Assembly: GCA_905182515.1 (NCBI GenBank)
Contig: CAJJBW010000001.1
Coordinates: forward strand, 18,275 to 82,274
Length of the DNA stretch: 64,000 nucleotides
Direction: 5' to 3'
Source of the DNA: an uncultured Candidatus Poseidoniales archaeon
GTDB taxonomy: Archaea > Thermoplasmatota > Poseidoniia > Poseidoniales > Thalassarchaeaceae
A program made the translations under genes and the position numbers. Shown here piece by piece: positions 19,339-28,823 of the stretch; positions within the stretch are counted from its first letter, which is position 1; the number at the start of each line of letters is the position of its first letter. A model generated the notes under the pieces. It did not search any database. It was given only the letters and a program-made list of their open reading frames with translations, and was not told the DNA's origin.

Positions 19339-22194
19339 TCAAGTAAAAGCTATTCCTGGCTCTAGAGGGAAAGCCAATCTGGCTTTCCCTGCGACGTCTT
19401 CGCCCTCTCCTACAGAGTATATTGTAACAAAATCTAATCCTAATTCCTTTGAAATAAAATTTATATTTGATGATAAAAATTCAGATTCGTTGTTCATGTT
19501 AGTGATTAAATTTTTATCATCTTCTGCCCAAGTGAAAATCTTACCTCTTTTCTTCTTAGTGCCAATAGTTAAAATGGTCCATGTTTGGAATATTTCTCCT
19601 CTAATTTGTTCGTTTTTAAAGATAGGCAAGGATTTCAGATACTCTGTACCTTTGGATCTAAAATCAAATCCTTTTGATTGTAATGTTATTGCTTCTCTTG
19701 CTAAATCGTACTTCCATTTAGGCGATGTTTGAATGGTAAGGGTTGTTATTTCCGAGTCAACATGGCGTTCAGCAAGGCCTTTGACGTTTCTAGAAGAATC
19801 GATAACATTGCGTAATAGGGTTTCATAAGATAATATAATATTATCATTATTTGGAATCACATTCTCAGGTAGTTCAAATTTTGCTAGGTACCCTTCTTGA
19901 CCCATGCGATACCAAAATTCCTCAGCCAGATGAGGAGTTATTGGAGATAGCATAGGCAACCAAGTTTTTAGGAATTCAATAGCGATTTCGTAGTTATTGC
20001 CCCCTCTTCTACGGTACCAGTTCCAATCTGAAAGCATAGTGAAATGGCTCAACATTACCCCTTCACGTAAGCTTACGTCGGACATTACTTTTTTCCATTT
20101 TTCTTGATTTTTTCTTAATTTAGCAATAATCCAATTATCCATTTTACTAGAAGATTTGGGCATTAACAATGCTGAACTTAGTGCTTCAATTATTGATTTC
20201 AGTTGCCTATGGTTCGCCTCTAAGACACTGTCTGACCAGTCCATTCCTGCTTCAGGGTTAGCACCAAATAAAATGAATAACCTAACTGTATCGGCACCAT
20301 AAATATCAACCATTTGACCAGGACTGATGGTATTTCCTAATGATTTACTCATTTTTGCTGAGCGTTGCCCTAATAATTCACCACAAGTAGGGCAGTTGCA
20401 ATCAAAAAAATCTATATGATAATCTACATTGCATTTTGAGCAAAATGGCGTAGGAGAATTTAACATTCCCTGACAAACTAATCGCCCAAATGGTTCCCCT
20501 ACTGAAATCATATCAGCATCACGTATAATTTTTGTAAAAAATCTAGCATAAAGTAAATGCATTACTGCATGTTCTATTCCCCCTATGTACAAATCAATTC
20601 CTCCTTTCATCCAATAATCTACAGTTTCTTTATCGAAAGGAGAATTTGCATTATTAGAATCACAATACCTCATAAAATACCAAGAAGAATCATAAAATGT
20701 ATCCATAGTATCAGTTTCTCTTTTGGCTTTATTTCCACATATGGGGCAATTTACATTGATAAAGTCTTTGTGATTATCCAAGGGATTGCCACTTTGATCT
20801 TCCCTAAATATGACATCTAAAGGGAGCATAACAGGTAAAGATGATTTTGGAACCGGAACTACGCCACATGATTTACAATGAATCATTGGTATTGGGGTGC
20901 CCCAGAATCGTTGTCTTGACAGTAACCAATCTTTCAATCTATACTGTACTGCACCCTCACCGGATTGTATATTCTCTAATTCTGAAATTATTGCATTTTT
21001 TGCATCTTCACCATACAATCCATCAAATTTATCAGTATAAGAATTAATCATGGCACCATATCCTTCGAACGCCGATTTTATGTCTCCATCATTATCATCA
21101 TTAAGCTCATTTGATAAAACTTGCTTAATCGGTAAATCATATTTCTTAGCAAAATCAAAATCTCTTTGATCGTGACCCGGTACTGCCATAACAGCTCCAG
21201 TACCATATGAAGCGACAACAAAATTACCTGCATATATTGGGATTTTTTCTTTACTCAGTGGATTTACAGCATATTTTCCTAAAAAAACTCCTTTCTTATC
21301 TTTTAACATATTTATACGTTCGAATTCTGATAATTTAGAACATTCATCATGTAATTTTCTCCATCCTTTTTCCCATTCAGTATTTTTACAAAGTTCTTCA
21401 CATAAGTGGTGCTCAGGTGAAAGGGTAACAAAGGTTGTACCAAATATTGTATCCGGCCTTGTAGTAAAAACACTAATTTTAGAATCTGAATTGAAGACAG
21501 TAAAATCTATATTAGCTCCTTGGGACCTGCCAATCCAGTTTCTTTGCATTGATTTAACATTTTCGGGGAAAGAAATATTATCAAGTTCATCGAGTAATTC
21601 ATCAGAATAATCTGTCATCCTCAAAAACCATTGAGCCATATCTTTCTGTATAACTTCTAATCCACATCTCCAGCAACGATTATTTTTTACTTGTTCATTT
21701 GCTAAGACTGTGTCGCAGTCATTACACCAATTAACTGGTGCATATCTTCTTTCAACAAGTCCTTTTTCATTTAACATTAAGAATATTTCTTGATTCCAAC
21801 GATAATATTCTACGTCTGAAGTTGTTAAAGATCTGCGCCAATCATATGAATACCCCATTCTTTCTTGGTCTGCCCTAATACTTGCGATATTTCTATGAGT
21901 AACGTAATGCGGATGGCCTTGTTCTTTTTTTGCAGCATTTTCTGCAGGCATTCCAAAGGAATCATATCCCATTGGATATAGCACATTTTTCCCCATCAAG
22001 CGTTGAAATCTGGCCATAGAATCACCGATTGAATAATTCCGGACATGCCCCATGTGCATATTTCCAGACGGATAAGGGAACATTTCAAGGCAGTAGAATT
22101 TTGGTTTATTTGAGTTTGCTTCGGTTTCAAAAACTTTGGCTTTTGCCCACTCTTTTTGCCATCGGATTTCAGTTTCTTGGACATCATATTTCAT
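19339..22194 (-). CDS. leuS: leucyl-tRNA synthetase
   Basis: 951 aa with a HIGH-type motif (PSGNMHMGHVRNY), KMSKSLGN, and CP1 editing domain colinearity. Confidence 0.95.
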   Translation of the reverse strand: MKYDVQETEIRWQKEWAKAKVFETEANSNKPKFYCLEMFPYPSGNMHMGHVRNYSIGDSMARFQRLMGKNVLYPMGYDSFGMPAENAAKKEQGHPHYVTHRNIASIRADQERMGYSYDWRRSLTTSDVEYYRWNQEIFLMLNEKGLVERRYAPVNWCNDCDTVLANEQVKNNRCWRCGLEVIQKDMAQWFLRMTDYSDELLDELDNISFPENVKSMQRNWIGRSQGANIDFTVFNSDSKISVFTTRPDTIFGTTFVTLSPEHHLCEELCKNTEWEKGWRKLHDECSKLSEFERINMLKDKKGVFLGKYAVNPLSKEKIPIYAGNFVVASYGTGAVMAVPGHDQRDFDFAKKYDLPIKQVLSNELNDDNDGDIKSAFEGYGAMINSYTDKFDGLYGEDAKNAIISELENIQSGEGAVQYRLKDWLLSRQRFWGTPIPMIHCKSCGVVPVPKSSLPVMLPLDVIFREDQSGNPLDNHKDFINVNCPICGNKAKRETDTMDTFYDSSWYFMRYCDSNNANSPFDKETVDYWMKGGIDLYIGGIEHAVMHLLYARFFTKIIRDADMISVGEPFGRLVCQGMLNSPTPFCSKCNVDYHIDFFDCNCPTCGELLGQRSAKMSKSLGNTISPGQMVDIYGADTVRLFILFGANPEAGMDWSDSVLEANHRQLKSIIEALSSALLMPKSSSKMDNWIIAKLRKNQEKWKKVMSDVSLREGVMLSHFTMLSDWNWYRRRGGNNYEIAIEFLKTWLPMLSPITPHLAEEFWYRMGQEGYLAKFELPENVIPNNDNIILSYETLLRNVIDSSRNVKGLAERHVDSEITTLTIQTSPKWKYDLAREAITLQSKGFDFRSKGTEYLKSLPIFKNEQIRGEIFQTWTILTIGTKKKRGKIFTWAEDDKNLITNMNNESEFLSSNINFISKELGLDFVTIYSVGEGEDVAGKARLAFPLEPGIAFT

Positions 22195-22389
22195 CTAATC
22201 ACTCTCATTAAATGTCTAATAGATAGGTTAAAATCCCCTTAGAATTAGCATAGTTGACAAAATGTCATTAGGTACGATATATGATGGATGTATTCGTGCC
22301 ATATTGTTCGACTTGTAATATCTGATTTGAAGTATACCCTTTTAGCATCCACCGTTAGGCCTATGCATGATGTTCTATTCGGACTAAAT

Positions 22390-23097
22390 ATGCTTAGCAA
22401 GGGAGAGTTTGATATTGATATCAGAGACGATGGAGTTGAAGTTTGGGTCACTCAGATGGGAGATTTTATGAATATGAATACGGCATTTATAGATCGACAA
22501 TCCAAAATTGTGGCAATAATAGATCCATTTAATACAGAACTTTGGATTACAGAGCTTAAAAAGGAGGGTTTAGAGCCTACACATTTACTCTATACACATA
22601 CTCATCGTGATCATACATATGGATATTCTGAAATGATTAATAATTTTCCTGGAATTGAAGTTTTAGGACATGAGGAAGCAAAAGTACCATACTTATTAGG
22701 AGATGGTTTATTTAATAAGGTAGATTTTACTACTACATGGAATAATCCACCAAACAGTACATTAGAGTGGAATATGGGAAAAATACACTTACACATTACT
22801 CATTCCCCTGGGCATGCTCCTGGTCACATAACTTTCCATGGACATGGAGTCTATCATGCTGGAGATTTACTATTTACAGCACATTCAGGAAGGGTAGATC
22901 TACCCGGATCTGATCCTGTTGCTCAAATGAATAGTCTCTCTTTTGCTGATAAATTACTAAATGAGTTACCACCAGAGTGGAGATTGATTCCCGGACATCG
23001 TTATGACTGGATAGATGGGACTACCCCCGACTGGGTATCTATAGAAGAAATTTTAAAATATAATTTTTCATTAAATGATGTTCGTAGCAAAAATTAG
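22390..23097 (+). CDS. MBL-fold metallo-hydrolase (glyoxalase II-like)
   Basis: It has THTHRDHTYG (HxHxDH), HSPGHAPGH and GHRYD. The ORF is open from 22288, but the conserved fold begins near ATG 22390. Confidence 0.75.
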   Translation: MLSKGEFDIDIRDDGVEVWVTQMGDFMNMNTAFIDRQSKIVAIIDPFNTELWITELKKEGLEPTHLLYTHTHRDHTYGYSEMINNFPGIEVLGHEEAKVPYLLGDGLFNKVDFTTTWNNPPNSTLEWNMGKIHLHITHSPGHAPGHITFHGHGVYHAGDLLFTAHSGRVDLPGSDPVAQMNSLSFADKLLNELPPEWRLIPGHRYDWIDGTTPDWVSIEEILKYNFSLNDVRSKN

Positions 23098-23570
23098 TTT
23101 TTATTTCGCCTTAATAGTTTTGTCATTATTCTACTCTCTTTTTCTAGTTCTTTTTTTGGTTTCCCTTCGCGTATCTTTTTTAGGGCATTGATCGGAATCC
23201 ATTCATCAGGAATGAGCCTCCAGGGTGTTACATTAGCAAGAATTCCTAAAAGAATATGGCTACCAGGGATCATAAATACTCGTAATGGTGGTACTATGAT
23301 ACTTAGAGTAGCAAGATCTTCGCGCGCTTTTAATTTATCACTTTTTGAGATTTTGCGCCCTATTAACAAATTCGCTAATGTTGAAGAAGTTTCTTTGAAA
23401 TGTTCAGCTGATATTTTGGAAATATCCCATGCTATTTCTATTGATTTACCCCAACCATCCGGATTATTAGCAACTTCTAATAATTCATTTTTTGATTGTT
23501 CAGGCAATGATCTGTATGTAAAATAAGTTCCTGAGATTACCATAGATATTAATCTTAAAGAATACTTCAT
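23094..23570 (-). CDS. small LETM1-like domain protein (hypothetical)
   Basis: LANLLIGRKISKSDKLKAREDLATLSIIVPPLRVFMIPGSHILLGILANVTPWRLIPDEW parallels the LETM1 core pattern. The ORF is open to GTG 23600, which overlaps the aceE stop; ATG 23570 is the alternative used here. Confidence 0.35.
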   Translation of the reverse strand: MKYSLRLISMVISGTYFTYRSLPEQSKNELLEVANNPDGWGKSIEIAWDISKISAEHFKETSSTLANLLIGRKISKSDKLKAREDLATLSIIVPPLRVFMIPGSHILLGILANVTPWRLIPDEWIPINALKKIREGKPKKELEKESRIMTKLLRRNKN

Positions 23571-23596
23571 ATTATTGAAAAATCTTCCCAAAAAAA

Positions 23597-26257
23597 TCAC
23601 TCAGTTTTATCTTTTTTATCAGTATTTATTTTTAATTTTTTAATCGCAATAGCTACACTTCCCACCGGTAAATTTCCTTCATTCTCTAATGCTGAAATCG
23701 CTCCTAGAATAATATTTTTAGTATCTATCTCAAAAAACTCTCTAAGAGAATCTCGCGTATCGGAACGTCCGTAGCCATCTGTTCCTAAAACAATAAACTG
23801 CCCCCCTATCCATCTATGAATCATCTCTGGTATTGCACATATATGGTCTGAAACGGCTATTGTTGGTAGTTCATCTCCGAAACAATCTTCTACATACGCA
23901 GACATTTTATCTTGAGGATTTAATCTATTGTAACGAGTTGTGGATAATCCTTCTCTACGTAATTCCCCATAAGAGGTTACTGACCATAATTCTGAATCTA
24001 TACCAAAGTCAGTATACAAAATTTCATGTGCTTCTTTAGCGTATTTTAATATGGGCCCTGAACCAAGTAATCTAACTTTCGGCATTTTATTATTTTTTCC
24101 TTCAACTAACTTATATGCCCCTCTAATTATACCTTTATCCACTCCATCGGGCTTGGGGGGCTGTTGTTGATTCTCATTGTATATCATTATATAATGGAAA
24201 ACATCTAATTCTTGGCCCCACATTTCCTTTATACCGTGATTTATTATTGTTGATAATTCATAGGCATAAGCTGGGTCCCATGCCCTGCATGATGGAACCG
24301 TAGATGCAATAAGTAGGCTATGCCCATCTTGGTGTTGTAACCCTTCACCGTTTAGAGTTGTGCGGCCCGCAGTAGCCCCCATCAGAAATCCGCGTGCCCT
24401 TGCATCGGCTGCACTCCAAATTTGATCTGCTACTCTTTGAAAGCCGAACATTGAGTAAAATGTATAAAAAGGTAAAGTTGGTGAATTAGAATGAGAATAG
24501 GAAGTTGCACTTGCTATCCATGATGCAATAGCATTTGCTTCGGAAATTCCCTCTTCTAATATCTGACCTCCTTGTGATTCTTTATAATTTAATAGCATTT
24601 TGTGATCTACAGGAGTATATTTTTGACCTTGGCTGGAAAATATTCCAAATTCACTAAAAAGAGGATCCATGCCAAAGGTCCTTCCTTCATCTGGAATTAT
24701 AGGAACTACTCTGTCACCAATATCCGATTTCATTATTTTCCTAAGTAATCTAACAAAAGCCATAGTTGTAGAAACTTGCTGGCCTTCTGGCGTCCCTTTG
24801 TCGAAATCTGAATATACGTCATAGCCTGGAAGGTTTATATTTATTTTTGGAGATTTTCTAGATGGAAGAAATCCTCCTAATTTATTTCTTTGTGATATCA
24901 AATATTGAAATTCTTCTGAATCTGAATCCAACGCATAAAATGGACTCTTTTCTAGATCAGAATCTGGAATTGGGATTTGTAGTCTATCCTTGTATGCCTT
25001 TAGATCATCAAAATTCATCTTTTTCTTTTGATGAGTAGAGTTTCTTCCCTCAAAAGAATCTATTCCCCATCCCTTTACAGTATGTCCCAATATTACTGCA
25101 GGTCCATTTGCTGCTTCTGCGGCCTTAAATGCTGAATATACTTTTATTGGATCATGTCCTCCTCTTGCTAAATTAGATATTTCTGTATCTGATATTGTGT
25201 TTCCTAAACTTATTAATGCTTCATTACCTGAAAAAAATTCTGATCTGAATAGTGATGGCTTTAAGGTACTCATTCGTTGCCAATCGCCATCATTTATCTC
25301 TTCCATTCTCTTTAATACAATTCCTTTAATATTGGGTTTCATTATTTTATCCCAACCAGAATTCCAAAGTACTTTGATTACCGTCCATCCAGCACCTCTG
25401 TAAAGCCCTTCCAATTCCTGAATAATTTTAGAATTACCTCGAACAGGGCCATCTAATCTTTGGAGGTTACAATTTATTACTACAATTAAATTATCTAAAT
25501 TCTCTCTTCCGGCAACCGCTATTGACGCTATTGATTCTGGTTCATCCATTTCTCCATCTCCCAAAAATGCAAAAACACGACTATCGGAAGTATCTGCCAA
25601 ACCCCTCATGTGAAGGTATTTCCAAAATCTGGCTTGCATTACAGCTGCTAATGGGCCGAGTCCCATTGAAACAGTTGGATATTCCCAAAAATCTTTCATT
25701 AATCTAGGATGAGGGTATGATGACAATCCATCCTCAAATGCTTCTTGACGGAAATTAATTAATTGGTTGTGCGTTATTCGTCCTTCAAGATATGCTCTAG
25801 CATAAATTCCAGGACTGCAATGACCTTGAACATACAATGCGTCACCGATACCATTCATTTCTTTACCTCTAAAGATATGATTGAATCCTACTTCATAAAG
25901 TGTAGAGCTGGATGCATATGACGAAATATGACCGCCTATGCCATCTATTCTTCTATTTGCATCTGAAACTATTAAAGCTGCATTCCACAATATTAAGTTT
26001 TGAATTCTTCTTTCTAATTCTAAATCCCCAGGGTACGCCAGTTGTTGGTTTAATGGAATTGTGTTTAAATATGGTGTTTTAGATATCTGATTAATTGGGA
26101 TAGATAGGTATTCCGCCTCTATCATTAATTCATGTAAAAGCATTCTTGCCCGTTCTGAGCCATGTTTTTGTACAACTGAACGAAGTGACTCCAACCATTC
26201 ATCAGTTTCTTCAACATCATCATCTGGTAGATTTTGATGTGGTTTTAGACCTGACAA
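23597..26257 (-). CDS. aceE: pyruvate dehydrogenase E1 component, homodimeric (AceE) type
   Basis: 886 aa, colinear with E. coli AceE throughout (FLGDGEMDEPES, INCNLQRLDGPVRGN, GTDGYGRSD). It uses a TTG start preceded by GGTGAT. Confidence 0.92.
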   Translation of the reverse strand: MSGLKPHQNLPDDDVEETDEWLESLRSVVQKHGSERARMLLHELMIEAEYLSIPINQISKTPYLNTIPLNQQLAYPGDLELERRIQNLILWNAALIVSDANRRIDGIGGHISSYASSSTLYEVGFNHIFRGKEMNGIGDALYVQGHCSPGIYARAYLEGRITHNQLINFRQEAFEDGLSSYPHPRLMKDFWEYPTVSMGLGPLAAVMQARFWKYLHMRGLADTSDSRVFAFLGDGEMDEPESIASIAVAGRENLDNLIVVINCNLQRLDGPVRGNSKIIQELEGLYRGAGWTVIKVLWNSGWDKIMKPNIKGIVLKRMEEINDGDWQRMSTLKPSLFRSEFFSGNEALISLGNTISDTEISNLARGGHDPIKVYSAFKAAEAANGPAVILGHTVKGWGIDSFEGRNSTHQKKKMNFDDLKAYKDRLQIPIPDSDLEKSPFYALDSDSEEFQYLISQRNKLGGFLPSRKSPKININLPGYDVYSDFDKGTPEGQQVSTTMAFVRLLRKIMKSDIGDRVVPIIPDEGRTFGMDPLFSEFGIFSSQGQKYTPVDHKMLLNYKESQGGQILEEGISEANAIASWIASATSYSHSNSPTLPFYTFYSMFGFQRVADQIWSAADARARGFLMGATAGRTTLNGEGLQHQDGHSLLIASTVPSCRAWDPAYAYELSTIINHGIKEMWGQELDVFHYIMIYNENQQQPPKPDGVDKGIIRGAYKLVEGKNNKMPKVRLLGSGPILKYAKEAHEILYTDFGIDSELWSVTSYGELRREGLSTTRYNRLNPQDKMSAYVEDCFGDELPTIAVSDHICAIPEMIHRWIGGQFIVLGTDGYGRSDTRDSLREFFEIDTKNIILGAISALENEGNLPVGSVAIAIKKLKINTDKKDKTE

Positions 26258-26304
26258 TATATCACCTTCGGGACCTTATTACTACTCGGGGGTGGAATCA
26301 TAGA

Positions 26305-26316
26305 TTTCAAGTGTTA
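26305..26316 (-). promoter_or_regulatory. TAACACTTGAAA motif upstream of aceE (identical copy upstream of pckA)
   Basis: This is the same 12-mer as at pckA, with the same 3-nt spacing to an ATGA. It lies 48 nt upstream of the aceE TTG. GTCTATTT sits upstream (plus-strand AAATAGAC, 26333-26340). Confidence 0.35.
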
Positions 26317-26341
26317 GATTAATTGTCAGTAGAAATAGACA

Positions 26342-26902
26342 TTATATCTCAACTAAATAACATTCATGAACAGTCCTTATTCCTGAAATAGTTATTGCGG
26401 TGTCCCCTTCAATACAACGTTCACCATTCCATTCTTTCACTATTCTAAGAACGGTGCTCCGGCCTGGAACATTTTGAGGGTCGACTTTTAATTCTATACA
26501 TATGGGTTTTCTTTCTCTAATCCAACCCAATGCTGCATCGGCAGACATACGGGCTATTCCATGTTGTTGCTCAGAACTTCTTACCCAGTAACCAAGATTC
26601 CAAACGGCTTTACCTGATCGAGTAATACGATCAAACCCTATCAATCCAAGGGCAAAATTATCCCATGACCTCATCATGACCCAATGATGTAATATTCCTT
26701 TCCTTCCTTTCTCTTCTGTTTCAGTTATGAAATCAGCAATTTGTTGACGTAATGGTTTTTCAGGTACTATCCATGGCATTGCCCAACTAACTTCAGGCCA
26801 TGTCTCTTCAAAGGCTTCAATTAAATCAGAAAGATATTCAAGCGTTACTGGCCTTAAAATTAAATTATCATTGACCCTTATGGATGAAGTGGCTCTGGGC
26901 AT
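26342..26902 (-). CDS. GNAT family N-acetyltransferase (RimJ/RimL-like)
   Basis: 186 aa with LILRPVTLEYLSDL and LGYWVRSSEQQHGIARMSADAALGW, the acetyl-CoA binding motif A region. Confidence 0.7.
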   Translation of the reverse strand: MPRATSSIRVNDNLILRPVTLEYLSDLIEAFEETWPEVSWAMPWIVPEKPLRQQIADFITETEEKGRKGILHHWVMMRSWDNFALGLIGFDRITRSGKAVWNLGYWVRSSEQQHGIARMSADAALGWIRERKPICIELKVDPQNVPGRSTVLRIVKEWNGERCIEGDTAITISGIRTVHECYLVEI

Positions 26903-26957
26903 TCAAATAGGACGCAAGAGTTAATGTAAATGATACCTATGCAAAAATAGATGTCAT

Positions 26958-28091
26958 TTATGGCCTTAATTTTTGTTTTGCTTGTATAACATTTGGATCA
27001 TTAGGAGCATATTTGAAAGCAGAAACTATCATTTTATCAACGGTATTCTTTCTACCTATTGTATCTAAAAGCTTGCCAATTGGGTACATTAAATTAGTTT
27101 GGCCACCTAAATGAGGTCCGACCTCATCAATTATTACCGTAGCCTGTGCTATATTTTTCTCGATAGCAGCCCTCATTGCTGTGAGGACTTGTTCTTTAAG
27201 TTCAGAAAACGGCCACTCATCTTGTTGGTCCCATGGCCAATATGTTGTTTTATGTTCAATTTCAATAAATAAGGGTTCTTGTGCTTCCAATACTGGTATT
27301 ATTGGCGCTGATGGTAAAAATGGGAGGTTATCTTTGACTGCTGGTATTTCTTCTTTCATTTCATCAAATATTTCTTCTGAATGTTCAAAGCGGGGCAGGT
27401 TTAATGGAGCAGGGGGGATAATTGAGGTACTAATGTCTGATTCTAATGTGTTTTCTTCACTAAAGAATGCTTGCTCATAAACATCTACATCGCCATCTCC
27501 ATCAAAATCTGCAGCATCGAAAATTTTAATTTCGCTAATTTCTTCCGTTATTTGTTCAGCAGAAGTTATTTGAACATTGTCCGGGGTTCCTGCGGTTGGC
27601 TGAATCAATCCTACAGGTTTGTATTCTATTTCTTCGACCTCCGTAGTATCTTCTTCAGGGATTTCAAACTTAACAGGTATTGAGGGTGCATCTTCAGGAC
27701 TAAGTTGATAATCTTCTTGTTGGATATTTTTATCTTTAGGGATTTCGATAGCCCCAGAAGTCATGCTTAAGTTTGGTTTACTACTCAAAAATACTTCGTC
27801 TTCTTCTGTGTATTGATTCACATCAACAGTAACATCATCCATTTTGAATGTGGCTTTTGACCAATCGATTATTTCTTCTTCTTTTTCGACATCGGATTCG
27901 TTCATTAATTCATCAAATAAATCATTTGTTTCAGATTCTTCAATACTAGAAATTTGTAGATGGTTTGGCTTATTTAATTGGTATGAACAAGATTTACATA
28001 TTTCTGCTTTAGCAGAATTTTTGTGTTGACATAAAGGGCATACTAAACCATCTGAAGTGTTGTTTTTCCAATTTTTAAACCGTTCCCACAT
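26958..28091 (-). CDS. zinc-ribbon protein with long acidic region, unknown function
   Basis: It has an N-terminal CPLCQHKN..CKSCSYQL ribbon, then about 250 aa rich in D/E. ATG 28091 has a strong GGAGGGGAGG Shine-Dalgarno sequence; the ORF is open to 28130. Confidence 0.5.
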   Translation of the reverse strand: MWERFKNWKNNTSDGLVCPLCQHKNSAKAEICKSCSYQLNKPNHLQISSIEESETNDLFDELMNESDVEKEEEIIDWSKATFKMDDVTVDVNQYTEEDEVFLSSKPNLSMTSGAIEIPKDKNIQQEDYQLSPEDAPSIPVKFEIPEEDTTEVEEIEYKPVGLIQPTAGTPDNVQITSAEQITEEISEIKIFDAADFDGDGDVDVYEQAFFSEENTLESDISTSIIPPAPLNLPRFEHSEEIFDEMKEEIPAVKDNLPFLPSAPIIPVLEAQEPLFIEIEHKTTYWPWDQQDEWPFSELKEQVLTAMRAAIEKNIAQATVIIDEVGPHLGGQTNLMYPIGKLLDTIGRKNTVDKMIVSAFKYAPNDPNVIQAKQKLRP

Positions 28092-28239
28092 GATAGCCTC
28101 CCCTCCTAATACATAGAGTCGTGGAAACATTGCGTATAATTATCACTGGATTATGATATATGGGCTGTCACAATTTTTTAGATACGAATAAGCACAACAT
28201 TGAGAGTGAGGAGGCCGTGGGAACAATAGGGAATATGAT

Positions 28240-28815
28240 ATGAGTAATCACGAATCGCCAATATCAATCAATAAAGGAAAGGATACTCTTGCAAAAGTAA
28301 TTGTTTCCCAGAAACATGATCTTTTAGCTGTCCCAGAAGGGACGATATTGGCTTCAAGAGTAGACAGGCTTGCTTCATTTGTTTTGGATGTAATAGTCAT
28401 AACTACAGTACTTGTAATAATTACAAATGGTAAAATATTCTATGCATGGAATATGAGTATGTGGATATCATATGATTTTCACTATTCACTTATGATGACG
28501 TTTGTTATTTTTACTGCACATTGGCTCTATTGGAGGTTGTCTGGAGTGTATTTATCTAGATCGATTGGACAAAAATTATTCGGTTTGGCTATAGTAGCGG
28601 ACGATGGTTCAGAAATGACTAGTGAGATGTGGGATAAACGTGTTTTGAATAAATTGCTATATTTAATACCATTAATTGGATGGTATAAAGGCATATATGA
28701 TTTAGCAAGAATATCACAACGGCATACGCATCAATCAAATATTGATTTAAAAGTTAATTCTATTGTTGTGAAGGCTTTTTCATTACCTCCATTTAACCGT
28801 AAACATATCAAATAG
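28240..28815 (+). CDS. RDD-family membrane protein
   Basis: The LASRVDRLASFVLDVIVITTV start of an RDD domain is followed by 3 hydrophobic helices. Confidence 0.45.
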   Translation: MSNHESPISINKGKDTLAKVIVSQKHDLLAVPEGTILASRVDRLASFVLDVIVITTVLVIITNGKIFYAWNMSMWISYDFHYSLMMTFVIFTAHWLYWRLSGVYLSRSIGQKLFGLAIVADDGSEMTSEMWDKRVLNKLLYLIPLIGWYKGIYDLARISQRHTHQSNIDLKVNSIVVKAFSLPPFNRKHIK

Positions 28816-28823
28816 GTGAATGC

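Noticed and set aside
19298-19732. Antisense or shadow ORFs inside long genes (e.g. 19298-19732 in leuS, 41923-42645 in polD, 9816-10364 and 9135-9488 in the 1246-aa gene, and many 60-110 aa ORFs).
   Set aside because: All lie wholly within strongly supported genes on the opposite strand or in another frame. They have low-complexity or odd composition and no recognisable motifs.
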